A DNA stretch of 64,000 nt from Microbacterium enclense (GTDB taxonomy: Bacteria > Actinomycetota > Actinomycetes > Actinomycetales > Microbacteriaceae). Under the pieces are notes generated by a model. It worked only from the letters and a program-made list of their open reading frames with translations. It had not been told where the DNA came from and did no database searches. Shown piece by piece: positions 27,311-36,140 of the stretch. The position numbers were made by a program, and so were the translations under genes. The stretch spans positions 847,891-911,890 of the forward strand of contig CP116226.1 of assembly GCA_038182865.1 (NCBI GenBank), given 5' to 3'. Every line of letters begins with the position of its first letter. The stretch's first letter is position 1.

Positions 27311-28648
27311 ATGTTCCGCTGGAAGCTGCACGGAAACGGCCGCACCGTGGCCCCGGGCGCGGTCGTCGCCCCCGGCGAGCGCCTCAACTGGGGCGCCACG
27401 ATCGCGATCGGCCTCCAGCACGTCATCGCGATGTTCGGTGCGACCTTCCTCGTGCCCGTGCTCACCGACTTCCCGGTATCGACGACGCTGCTGTTCTCGG
27501 GCGTGGGGACGCTGCTGTTCCTTCTCGTGACGAAGAACCGGCTGCCCAGCTACCTCGGCTCGTCGTTCGCGTTCATCGCGCCGATCACGGCCGCCACGAC
27601 GACCGCCGGGACGGGCTCGGCGCTCGCGGGCATCGTCGCCGTCGGCGTCCTGCTCGCCGCGGTGGGCTTCGTGGTGCAGTTCGTCGGACTCGGGTGGGTC
27701 GACAAGGTCATGCCGCCGGTGGTGGCGGGCGCGATCGTCGCGCTCATCGGCTTCAACCTCGCACCGGTCGCCTGGGGCAGCTTCCAGAAGCAGCCCCTCC
27801 CCGGCACCATCACGCTCGTCGCCGTCATCCTGTTCAGCGTGCTGTTCCGGGGATTCCTCGGGCGCGTCTCGATCTTCCTCGGCGTGATCGTCGGCTACGT
27901 CGCCACCGTGCTGATCCAGGTCACGACCGGCGAGAAGCTCATCGACTTCGACGCCGTCGGTGCCGCCCCGTGGGTGGGCCTGCCCGAGTTCCACTTCCCC
28001 GACTTCGCCTCGCCGGGCACGTGGTCGGTCATTGCGATGTTCCTGCCCGTCGTGCTGGTGCTCGTGGCCGAGAACGTCGGGCACGTCCGCGGAGTCGCGG
28101 CGATGACGGATGCCACGGCCAACCGCTCCACCGGTCGCGCCCTCATCGCCGACGGCGTCGCCACAACCCTCGCGGGATCGTTCGGCGGCTCGGGCACCAC
28201 GACCTACGGCGAGAACATCGGCGTCATGGCCGCGACCCGCGTGTACTCCACGGCGGTGTACTGGGTCGCCGGCCTCGCCGCGATCCTGCTGAGCCTCTCC
28301 CCGAAGGTCGGTGCGGTGTTCAACACCATCCCGCCCGGAGTCCTCGGCGGCGTCACGACCGCGCTGTACGGATTGATCGGCATCATCGGCATCAAGATCT
28401 GGGTCGACAACCGCGTCGATTTCTCGCGCCCCGTCAATCAGTACACGGGTGCCGTGGCCCTGGTGCTCGCGATCGCGGGCTTCACGATGGACATCGGACA
28501 GTTCCAGCTCGGCGCCATCGTGCTCGGATCCGTCGCCGCCCTGGTGATCTACCACCTCGGAAACGCCATCGCCCGCGCGCGCAAGACCGGTGCCGACGAC
28601 GGCGGCCCGATCCCCGCGGTGGGCCCGCTGGGCGGCGACCCGGCCTGA
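27311..28648 (+). CDS. NCS2 family nucleobase (uracil/xanthine-type) permease
   Basis: AAGGAGA RBS. GLQHVIAMFGATFLVPVLT and YGENIGVMA are typical NCS2 motifs. 445 aa. Confidence 0.92.
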   Translation: MFRWKLHGNGRTVAPGAVVAPGERLNWGATIAIGLQHVIAMFGATFLVPVLTDFPVSTTLLFSGVGTLLFLLVTKNRLPSYLGSSFAFIAPITAATTTAGTGSALAGIVAVGVLLAAVGFVVQFVGLGWVDKVMPPVVAGAIVALIGFNLAPVAWGSFQKQPLPGTITLVAVILFSVLFRGFLGRVSIFLGVIVGYVATVLIQVTTGEKLIDFDAVGAAPWVGLPEFHFPDFASPGTWSVIAMFLPVVLVLVAENVGHVRGVAAMTDATANRSTGRALIADGVATTLAGSFGGSGTTTYGENIGVMAATRVYSTAVYWVAGLAAILLSLSPKVGAVFNTIPPGVLGGVTTALYGLIGIIGIKIWVDNRVDFSRPVNQYTGAVALVLAIAGFTMDIGQFQLGAIVLGSVAALVIYHLGNAIARARKTGADDGGPIPAVGPLGGDPA

Positions 28649-28879
28649 GCGCCGGAGGACCGGCATCCCGAGACTGCACCGCCCCGACCGGCCGCCCGGC
28701 CGGGGCGGCACGACCGCACGCGCGTGTCGAGACCGCACGCGGTGGGGGTGACACGCCTGCGGCCGCGTCGACCGTCGCGGTGTCGGCAGGGCCCCCTCGC
28801 GGCCGACGGTAGCGTGGGATCGCGCACGGGTCCGACGACCGGGGCGCCATCCCCGCCCTCGGCCGACCCCGGAGACACC

Positions 28880-29077
28880 ATGACCGCCGCCACCGCCCGC
28901 TCGTCCGCCCGTTCCGGGATCCTCATGGTCGCCGTGGGAACCGTCGCCCTGGCAGCCATGCTGTGGTGGGATGCCAACGGCGCCCCCACCGTGGCTCACT
29001 TCATCACCGCGGCCTGTGGATACTTCATCGGCCAGGGCATCGTCACGTTCTTCGCCGCGCGGCGTCGCCCCCGCTGA
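28880..29077 (+). CDS. small two-TM membrane protein (hypothetical)
   Basis: Internal ATG at 28880 after GGAGA. MTAATARSSARSGILMVAVGTVALAAMLWW...FITAACGYFIGQGIVTFFAARRRPR. Confidence 0.4.
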   Translation: MTAATARSSARSGILMVAVGTVALAAMLWWDANGAPTVAHFITAACGYFIGQGIVTFFAARRRPR

Positions 29078-29216
29078 GTCCGCGCGGCGTCGCGGTCGGC
29101 GGGCTCTCTGACCCCGAACGACCGTCCTGCGGAGTCCGGGCCGTGATCGTCGTACCGGGCTCCTGAACCCGGGCCGTCCCGCGGAGGTCGGACGGGCTGG
29201 CCGACCCTCTGACGCC

Positions 29217-29474
29217 CGAGCCGCCCCGCGGAGTCCGGGCCGAACACGCCGCCCCGAGCCATCCCCCACCGGCGTGTCACGGCCCCACTCCGCACGACGG
29301 ACCGCCCCTCCCCGGCGTCCCGCGATCCGGCGACGGTGCCGACGACGCCCGGCACCGAGCCGTCCCGCGGAGTCCGGGCCGAACACGCCGCCCCGAGCCA
29401 TCCCCCACCGGCGTGTCACAGCCCCACTCCGCACGACGGACCGCCCCTCCCCGGCGTCCCGCGATCCGGCGACG
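29217..29474. repeat. two near-identical 119-bp copies (period 139 bp) of the structured repeat family
   Basis: Copies at 29217-29335 and 29356-29474 with 2 mismatches seen. Each folds as GCGGAGT/GGGCCG/ACACGCCG-loop18-CGGCGTGT/CGGCCC/ACTCCGC (for example 29228-29293). Confidence 0.9.
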
Positions 29475-29493
29475 TCTGCCGTCCCCCGGCGCC

Positions 29494-29547
29494 GCGACGG
29501 CGACGGCAACGGCGACCGCGACGGCGACGGCGACGGCGACGGCGACG
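29494..29547. repeat. hexanucleotide microsatellite (GCGACG)n, about 9 units with two variants
   Basis: GCGACGGCGACGGCAACGGCGACCGCGACGGCGACGGCGACGGCGACGGCGACG. Confidence 0.9.
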
Positions 29548-29650
29548 CTCGCGCCACGACCCGGATGCCGGAGACCCGCGCCGCAACCGTCGTTGCCGGA
29601 CCGTTACTTGACACCGACCTCCCGAACACAGCACACTGATCTCGGTCGCT

Positions 29651-29687
29651 GGTAAATCGGTTTATCAGCAAGATAAATCGATTATCC
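29651..29687. promoter_or_regulatory. pair of inverted 16-bp AT-rich boxes, candidate LacI operator(s)
   Basis: GGTAAATCGGTTTATC-agcaa-GATAAATCGATTATCC. The arms are reverse complements at 13/16 positions. Ends 17 nt upstream of the LacI ATG. Confidence 0.45.
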
Positions 29688-29703
29688 AATGGAGGGTGAA
29701 GCC

Positions 29704-30756
29704 ATGGCTCGAGTGCGCATCGCAGATGTCGCGAAAGCAGCCGGCGTCTCACCCGCGACCGTCTCGCTCGTGCTCAACGGCGCCGAGTCGCGCATCTCCG
29801 ACGAGACCAAAGAGCGCGTCCGCCGCGTCGCCGGCGAGGTCGGCTACTCCCCCAACCCGATCGCGCGGAGCCTGCGAACCCGTGTCACCGGCACGATCGG
29901 CCTCGTCTCCGACCGCATCGCCACGACGCCGTTCGCCGGCCGCATGCTCGCCGGAGCACAAGAGGTCGCCCGCGAGAACGGTCGCCTCGTGATCCTCGTC
30001 GACACCGACGGCCACCCCGAGATCGAGTCCGACGCGATCTCGACCCTCGTGAACCACCGCGTCGACAGCATGGTCTACGCCTCGATGTACCATCGCGTCC
30101 TTCCCGCACCGGCGGGCCTGCCCGACGGAACGGTCTTCCTCGACTGCCGCCCCGAGGGCGGCGGGTACCCCGCCGTCGTCCCCGACGACTACGCCGGCGG
30201 CCGGGCCGCAACCCAGGAGCTCGTCGACGCGGGGCACCGTCGCATCGCCTACATCGACGACGGCGACACCGACCGCCCGGTCGCCGCCGAGTTGCGACTG
30301 CGGGGCTACCTCGACGTGCTCACCGAGGCCGGCATCGAGCCCGATCCCGCGCTGCACGTCTTCGCTGAGACCTCGGCCGCCGGCGGTCAGCGCGCGATCG
30401 CCGAGCTGTACGACCTGCCCGAGGCGCAGCGCCCCACCGGCATCTTCGCGTTCAACGACCGCATCGCGGCCGGCGTCGTCATGTGGGCGCCGCGGCGTGG
30501 CATCCGGATCCCCGAAGACCTGTCGGTCGTCGGCTACGACGACCAGCAACTGGTCGCGGCCGAGCTCGACCCCCCGCTGACCACCGTCTCGCTCCCCCAC
30601 GCGGCCATGGGCCGTTGGGCCATGGAGGTCGCCCTCGGCCTCCGCGCGGCGGACACCGCCTCCCCCCACCTCATGGACTGCCCGATCGTTCGTCGGGCTT
30701 CCGTCGGCCCTCCCGCGCACCTCGGCAGCGCGCGGGAACCCCGGGTCACGGACTGA
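29704..30756 (+). CDS. LacI family transcriptional regulator
   Basis: ATG at 29704 after GGAGGG. VRIADVAKAAGVSPATVSLVLNG HTH. Confidence 0.9.
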   Translation: MARVRIADVAKAAGVSPATVSLVLNGAESRISDETKERVRRVAGEVGYSPNPIARSLRTRVTGTIGLVSDRIATTPFAGRMLAGAQEVARENGRLVILVDTDGHPEIESDAISTLVNHRVDSMVYASMYHRVLPAPAGLPDGTVFLDCRPEGGGYPAVVPDDYAGGRAATQELVDAGHRRIAYIDDGDTDRPVAAELRLRGYLDVLTEAGIEPDPALHVFAETSAAGGQRAIAELYDLPEAQRPTGIFAFNDRIAAGVVMWAPRRGIRIPEDLSVVGYDDQQLVAAELDPPLTTVSLPHAAMGRWAMEVALGLRAADTASPHLMDCPIVRRASVGPPAHLGSAREPRVTD

Positions 30757-30818
30757 CGCCGCCTCGGCGTCCCCTCACGATGGCGACAGCGATGTCGCCG
30801 TACACCGAAAGGAACACG

Positions 30819-32111
30819 ATGAAGAAGTCCTTCATCCCGCTCGCCGCGACAGGCGTTGCTGCCGCGCTGGTGCTCACCGGATGCGGTCAGGCAGGCCAGG
30901 GCAGCACGACGACCGAAGACGGTCGCACCGTGCTGACGATGTGGACGCACTCGGCCGGTAATCCCGCCGAGCTCGCCGTCTACGAACAGATCATCAGCGA
31001 CTTCAACGCATCCCAGGACAAATACGAGGTCAAGACGGAGTCCTTCCCGCAGGGCGCGTACAACGACGCGATCGTCGCGGCGGCGGCATCGGGCGACCTG
31101 CCCTGCCTCCTCGACCTCGACGGTCCGATCATGCCCAACTGGGCGTGGGCGAACTACCTGCAGCCGCTGAACATCTCCAGCGACATCACCGACAAGCTGC
31201 TCCCCACCGCGGTCGGGAAGTACAACGGCGAGATCTACTCCGCCGGCTACTGGGATGCCGCGCTCGGCATCTTCGCGCGCAAGTCGGTGCTCGATGCCAA
31301 CGCCATCCGTATTCCGACCATCGCGCAGCCCTGGACCGAGTCCGAGTTCGACGCCGCCCTGGCGACCCTCAAGGCGGCGGGGTACGAGACTCCGATCGAC
31401 ATCGGCGCCGAGGACAAGGGCGAGTGGTGGCCCTACGCCTACTCGCCGTTCCTGCAGAGCTTCGGTGGCGACCTCATCGACCGCGACACCATGCTGTCGG
31501 CCGACGGCGCCCTGAACGGACCGGATGCCGTGAAGTGGGGTACCTGGTTCCAGGACCTGTTCAAGAAGGGCTACGCCAACAGCGGCGGCACCGTGGGCAA
31601 CCAGGAGTTCGTCGACGGCAAGGTCGCGCTCAGCTACACGGGCGTGTGGAACGGGCTGGCCGCGGTGGACGCGGTCGGCGACGACCTGCTGATCCTCCCG
31701 CCGCCGGACCTCGGCAACGGCCCCAAGATCGGTGGCGGTTCGTGGCAGTGGGGCATCTCGTCGTCCTGCAACGACGCCGACGGTGCACGCCAGTACCTGG
31801 AGTTCAGCTTCAACGACACCTACATCACCCAGTTCGCCGACGAGCAGCTCGTGATCCCCGCCACCGAGGCGGCCACCGAGGCGTCGAAGTACTTCAACTC
31901 CACCGACGGGGCGCTGCGCCCGTTCGCGGAGTTCTCGAAGGAGTACGCCGTGCTGCGACCCGAGACCCCCGCCTACGCGGTGATCTCGACCACGTTCGAG
32001 ACGGCGGCCAAAGACATCATGAACGGCGCCGACGTGCAGTCGGCCCTGGATGCCGCGGTCACCGAGATCGACACCAACATCTCGTCCAACGACGGCTACG
32101 GCGCGAAGTAA
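30819..32111 (+). CDS. ABC transporter sugar-binding lipoprotein (CUT1)
   Basis: Internal ATG at 30819. MKKSFIPLAATGVAAALVLTGCGQ is a signal peptide with lipobox. Confidence 0.9.
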   Translation: MKKSFIPLAATGVAAALVLTGCGQAGQGSTTTEDGRTVLTMWTHSAGNPAELAVYEQIISDFNASQDKYEVKTESFPQGAYNDAIVAAAASGDLPCLLDLDGPIMPNWAWANYLQPLNISSDITDKLLPTAVGKYNGEIYSAGYWDAALGIFARKSVLDANAIRIPTIAQPWTESEFDAALATLKAAGYETPIDIGAEDKGEWWPYAYSPFLQSFGGDLIDRDTMLSADGALNGPDAVKWGTWFQDLFKKGYANSGGTVGNQEFVDGKVALSYTGVWNGLAAVDAVGDDLLILPPPDLGNGPKIGGGSWQWGISSSCNDADGARQYLEFSFNDTYITQFADEQLVIPATEAATEASKYFNSTDGALRPFAEFSKEYAVLRPETPAYAVISTTFETAAKDIMNGADVQSALDAAVTEIDTNISSNDGYGAK

Positions 32112-32175
32112 CGCCGCGCCCAGCGGTGGGGGCTCCTTTGCGGGCCCCCACCGCGACCCGCGAAAGAAGAACCTG

Positions 32176-33117
32176 ATGACCGTGTCTCCTCCGGTCGCCG
32201 CGGCGAAGCAGCCGCGCCGATCCCTCCGCCGCTTCCGCAGCTCGCGCGGACGCGAGTCGTGGGCGGGCCTGGCGATGATGGCTCCCGCCGGCATCCTGCT
32301 CCTCCTCTTCCTCATCGTCCCCGTGCTGCTGGCCTTCACGCTGTCGTTCACCAACGCCCGCCTGATCTCGCCGAACCCACCGCGCTTCGTGGGCCTCGAC
32401 AACTTCTTCCGGGCGTTCACCGCCGACCCCGTGTTCCTGCAGTCGGCGCTGAACACCTTCCTCTTCGCTCTGGTGGTCGTGCCCGTGCAGGCGGGTCTCG
32501 GGCTCCTCCTGGCGATCCTCGTCAACCAGCGCCTCCGGGGCACCACGTTCTTCCGCGTGGTGTTCTTCATCCCCGTCGTCACGTCGATCGTCGTGGTCTC
32601 GATCCTCTGGCGCTTCATGTACCAGAGCGACGGCCTCATCAACTCGATGATCGACACCGTCACCTTCGGAGCCCTCAAAGGGGCCGACTGGCTGAACGAC
32701 CCCAGCACGGCGCTCGGCGCGATCATCGTCCTCTCGATCTGGCAGGCCGTCGGCTTCCACATGATCATCTGGCTCGCGGGCCTTCAGACCATCCCCGAGG
32801 AGCTCTACGAGGCCGCCCGCATGGACGGGGCGAGCCGGTGGCACCAGTTCGCCCACGTGACGTGGCCGGGCCTTCGTCCGACCATGGTCTTCGTCCTCGT
32901 CACCATCACGATCGCCGCGCTCGGCCTCTTCGTCCAGGTCGATGTGATGACCCAGGGCGGACCCCTCAACTCGACGTCGACCGTCGTGTACCACGCGGTG
33001 CGCAAGGGCTACGAGCAGCAGGAGATCGGCTACGCCGCCGCGATCTCGCTCCTGTTCTTCGTCGCCGTGCTGATCATCGCCCTCATCCAGCGCTGGTTGA
33101 CCCGAGAGAAGAACTGA
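32176..33117 (+). CDS. carbohydrate ABC transporter permease
   Basis: Internal ATG at 32176. About 6 TM-like segments with an EAA-type loop (ELYEAARMDGASRWHQF). Confidence 0.9.
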   Translation: MTVSPPVAAAKQPRRSLRRFRSSRGRESWAGLAMMAPAGILLLLFLIVPVLLAFTLSFTNARLISPNPPRFVGLDNFFRAFTADPVFLQSALNTFLFALVVVPVQAGLGLLLAILVNQRLRGTTFFRVVFFIPVVTSIVVVSILWRFMYQSDGLINSMIDTVTFGALKGADWLNDPSTALGAIIVLSIWQAVGFHMIIWLAGLQTIPEELYEAARMDGASRWHQFAHVTWPGLRPTMVFVLVTITIAALGLFVQVDVMTQGGPLNSTSTVVYHAVRKGYEQQEIGYAAAISLLFFVAVLIIALIQRWLTREKN

Positions 33118-33118
33118 T

Positions 33119-34063
33119 ATGACCGGCATCCTCGAACGCCCCCGCAGCGCCGCGCCGCGCAGCGCTCCCGCCCGCGTGCGCACCCGCTCGTCGGAGGGCC
33201 GCACCGGCCGCTTCCTCACCTACGTGTCGATGTCGATCCTCGCGGTGTTCTTCCTGTTCCCGCTCGTGTTCATGTTCGTGTCGAGCCTCAAGCCCGACGC
33301 GCAGATCCTCCGCGACATCAACTCGCCCGCGGCGTTCCTGCCGACCGGAGACATCAGCCTCGACAACTACTTCGGCGTCTTCGATCGCGTGCCCGTCGGG
33401 CAGTTCCTCTTCAACTCGATCCTCGTGACGGTGCTCACGGTCGGACTCGGGCTGATCGTGAACTCCCTCGCCGGCTTCGCCCTGTCGCGCCTGCGCTGGA
33501 AGGGCCGGGTCGTCGTGCTCGCGCTCGTCATCGCGACCCTCATCGTCCCCTTCGAGACGATCGCCGTGCCGATGGTCTACTGGGTCAACCAGTTGCCGAC
33601 CCTCGTCATGGAGGGCGGCGTGCTGAAGTACGACTTCGGGTGGCTGAACACCTACCAGGTGCAGATCGTGCCCTTCATCGCGAACGCCTTCTCGATCTTC
33701 CTGTTCGCGCAGTACTTCTCCACGATCCCGCCGTCGCTCGACGAAGCGGCGCGCATCGACGGGGCGAGCTGGTTCACGATCTACCGCCGCATCATCGTGC
33801 CGCTCTCGGGCCCCGCCTTCGCCACGGTGGCGATCCTGACGTTCCTGCCCGCATGGAACCAATACCTCTGGCCCCTCATGGTCGTGCAGAAGGAGAATCT
33901 GCGACCGGTCATGGTCGGCATGCAGTACTTCTTCCAGCTCAACACCGCGTGGGGCGAGGTCATGGCCTACACCTCGCTCATCACCCTGCCCGTGCTGATC
34001 GTGTTCCTGGTCTTCCAGCGCGCGTTCGTCAGCAGCATCGCCGCGTCCGGCGTCAAGGGATGA
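33119..34063 (+). CDS. carbohydrate ABC transporter permease
   Basis: 314 aa. EAA-type loop LDEAARIDGASWFTIY. Confidence 0.9.
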   Translation: MTGILERPRSAAPRSAPARVRTRSSEGRTGRFLTYVSMSILAVFFLFPLVFMFVSSLKPDAQILRDINSPAAFLPTGDISLDNYFGVFDRVPVGQFLFNSILVTVLTVGLGLIVNSLAGFALSRLRWKGRVVVLALVIATLIVPFETIAVPMVYWVNQLPTLVMEGGVLKYDFGWLNTYQVQIVPFIANAFSIFLFAQYFSTIPPSLDEAARIDGASWFTIYRRIIVPLSGPAFATVAILTFLPAWNQYLWPLMVVQKENLRPVMVGMQYFFQLNTAWGEVMAYTSLITLPVLIVFLVFQRAFVSSIAASGVKG

Positions 34064-34998
34064 GCGCACAGCTCGATGTCGTCGTGCTCGGCGAGGCGCT
34101 GATCGACATCGTCACCACTTCCGCCGGGGCGGCCGAGCGCCCCGGCGGAAGCCCCGCCAACGTCACGGTCGCGCTCGGCCGGCTCGGTCGCGGCACCACC
34201 CTCGTGGCCCGCGTCGCCGAGGACGACCGCGGTCGGTTGCTGCGCGCGTGGCTCGCGGCATCCGGGGTCACGCTCCACCCCGCGGGGGCACCGGAGCGCA
34301 CCGCCACGGCCCGTGCGGTGATCGACGAGCGGGGAAACGCCACGTACGACTTCGACATCGAGTGGATCCTCCCCTCGCCCGTCGAGGTGCCCGCGGCGCG
34401 CATCTTCCACACCGGTTCGGTCGCGGCGACCCTCGCCCCTGGAGCCGACGAGGTACGCGCTGCCGCAGAACGAGCGCGTCCGACCACTCTCATCAGCTAC
34501 GACCCGAACATCCGCCCGGCCCTCACGGGCGGGGTGCAAGACGCTCGGGCGCGCGTCGAGGCCCTCGTCGCGCTCAGCGACGTGGTCAAGGCCAGCGCCG
34601 AAGACGCCGAATGGCTCTATCCCGGCACCGCCCCCGTCGAGGTCGCTCGTGAGTGGGTCGCCCTCGGCGCGGGGCTCGCCGTCATCACCGACGGGGATGC
34701 CGGCTCCCTCGCCGTCACCGCGCACACCACCGTCGAGATCCCCGCGGTCCGCGCGCAGGTCGTCGACACCGTCGGCGCGGGTGACACGTTCATGGGCACG
34801 CTGCTCGACGGCATCCTGAACATCCCGGGCGACACCGCCGCGCTGCGCGCGAGCGTCCGTGCGCTGGATGCCGAGACCCTTCCTCCCCTGCTGCACCGTG
34901 CGGCCGCCGCCGCGGCGATCACCGTGGGGCGCGAGGGCATGGACCCCCCGACCCGAGAAGACCTGCAGCCGACCGCTGCCCCGAAAGAGAGTGCCTGA
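34060..34998 (+). CDS. PfkB-family sugar kinase (fructokinase-like), paralog 1
   Basis: ATGA overlap with the permease stop. VVVLGEALIDIV, GGSPANVTVAL, DTVGAGDTF. Confidence 0.85.
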   Translation: MSAQLDVVVLGEALIDIVTTSAGAAERPGGSPANVTVALGRLGRGTTLVARVAEDDRGRLLRAWLAASGVTLHPAGAPERTATARAVIDERGNATYDFDIEWILPSPVEVPAARIFHTGSVAATLAPGADEVRAAAERARPTTLISYDPNIRPALTGGVQDARARVEALVALSDVVKASAEDAEWLYPGTAPVEVAREWVALGAGLAVITDGDAGSLAVTAHTTVEIPAVRAQVVDTVGAGDTFMGTLLDGILNIPGDTAALRASVRALDAETLPPLLHRAAAAAAITVGREGMDPPTREDLQPTAAPKESA

Positions 34999-34999
34999 C

Positions 35000-35971
35000 G
35001 TGTTCGACCTCGCCGATTCCTACGTGTGGGATTTCTGGTTCGCTGACGACGGCGACCGCTACCACCTGTTCTTCCTCTACGCCTCGCGCGCGCTGCACGA
35101 CCCGGAAGACCGCCACTACCGCGCCTCGGTGGGCCACGCCGTCTCGAGCGACCTCGTGTCGTGGGAGCGCGTCGCCGACGCCCTCGTGCGCGGCGGAGCC
35201 GACGACTTCGACGCGCTCGCCACCTGGACCGGCTCGACCGTGCGCCGCGAAGACGGAACCTGGTTCCTCTTCTACACGGGCTCGCGCCTTGCCGAAGACG
35301 GCCGCAACGTGCAGCGCATCGGCTACGCGACCAGCGACGATCTGTACACCTGGCACAAGAACCCGGAGAACCCGGTGCTCGAGGCCGACGGTGAGATCTA
35401 CGAGCGCCTCGCCACCACCGACTGGCACGACGAGGCCTTCCGCGACCCGTGGGTGTTCGCCGACCCGGCCGGGAACGGCTGGCACATGTACGTCACCGCC
35501 CGCGCCACCCACGGCGAGCTCAACGGGCGGGGCGTCGTCGCGCACGCGACCTCCGCTGACCTCGAGACGTGGGAGCTGCAGGCTCCGGTCAGCGAACCGA
35601 CCGCTCAGGGCTTCGGCCAGCTCGAGGTGACCCAGGTCGAGGAGGTCGACGGCCGCGCGGTGCTGCTGTTCTCGTGCATGCCCGCTGAGGCGACGGATGC
35701 CGTGCGCGCGCGCCACCCACGCGGAGCGGTGTGGGCGGTCGCCGCCGACAGCATGCTCGGCCCGTTCGACATCTCGACGGCCACCGCGCTCACCGATGAC
35801 GATCTGTACGTCGGGCGCCTGATCCAGGACCGCGCGGGCGCCTGGCAGCTGCTGGCGTTCCGCAACGTCGGCACGGACGGCCGCTTCGTCGGCGGCATCA
35901 TCGACCCTCTGCCCGTGGGGTGGGAGGGCGACCGCCTCGTCGTCACGCAGCCGGCGGCCCTCTCGGCCTGA
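35000..35971 (+). CDS. GH32-like glycoside hydrolase (beta-fructosidase family)
   Basis: GTG at 35000 after AAGAGAG. VWDFWFADDG (nucleophile region), FRDPWVF (RDP motif), beta-propeller-like repeats. A start at 34991 is also possible. Confidence 0.8.
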   Translation: MFDLADSYVWDFWFADDGDRYHLFFLYASRALHDPEDRHYRASVGHAVSSDLVSWERVADALVRGGADDFDALATWTGSTVRREDGTWFLFYTGSRLAEDGRNVQRIGYATSDDLYTWHKNPENPVLEADGEIYERLATTDWHDEAFRDPWVFADPAGNGWHMYVTARATHGELNGRGVVAHATSADLETWELQAPVSEPTAQGFGQLEVTQVEEVDGRAVLLFSCMPAEATDAVRARHPRGAVWAVAADSMLGPFDISTATALTDDDLYVGRLIQDRAGAWQLLAFRNVGTDGRFVGGIIDPLPVGWEGDRLVVTQPAALSA

Positions 35972-35984
35972 CCCTGTCTCGCCA

Positions 35985-36018
35985 GAACGCGCGCGTCCCG
36001 CCCGGGGCGCGCGCGTTC
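35985..36018 (+). terminator. perfect 11-bp-stem GC hairpin after the GH32 gene
   Basis: GAACGCGCGCG-tcccgcccgggg-CGCGCGCGTTC, followed by GGCGTTCGG. No strong U-tract. Confidence 0.5.
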
Positions 36019-36140
36019 GGCGTTCGGTCGCGCGCGCAGCTCCTCCGAGCTCGGGCGAGCGGCGACCCCCGCGCGTTCGCGTCGATCCGGTTGATGCACG
36101 AAGATGACGCACGAGGCGACCGCCGCTCGGAAGGACAACG

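Noticed and set aside
17457-29547. Possibility that the tandem repeats at 17457-17673 or 29124-29547 are CRISPR arrays
   Set aside because: There are only two full units each. The units are ~100-120 bp and directly adjacent or separated by a 20-nt linker rather than by unique 30-40-bp spacers. No cas genes are in the window.
24365-29752. A 1795-aa minus-strand ORF spanning the BCCT gene and continuing antisense through purC, the NCS2 permease and the repeat region
   Set aside because: Only the C-terminal 579 aa (24365-26104) look like a real protein (BCCT). The rest is Arg/Gly/Pro/Ala-rich, low-complexity translation typical of stop-free antisense frames in ~70% GC DNA. It also overlaps well-supported plus-strand genes.
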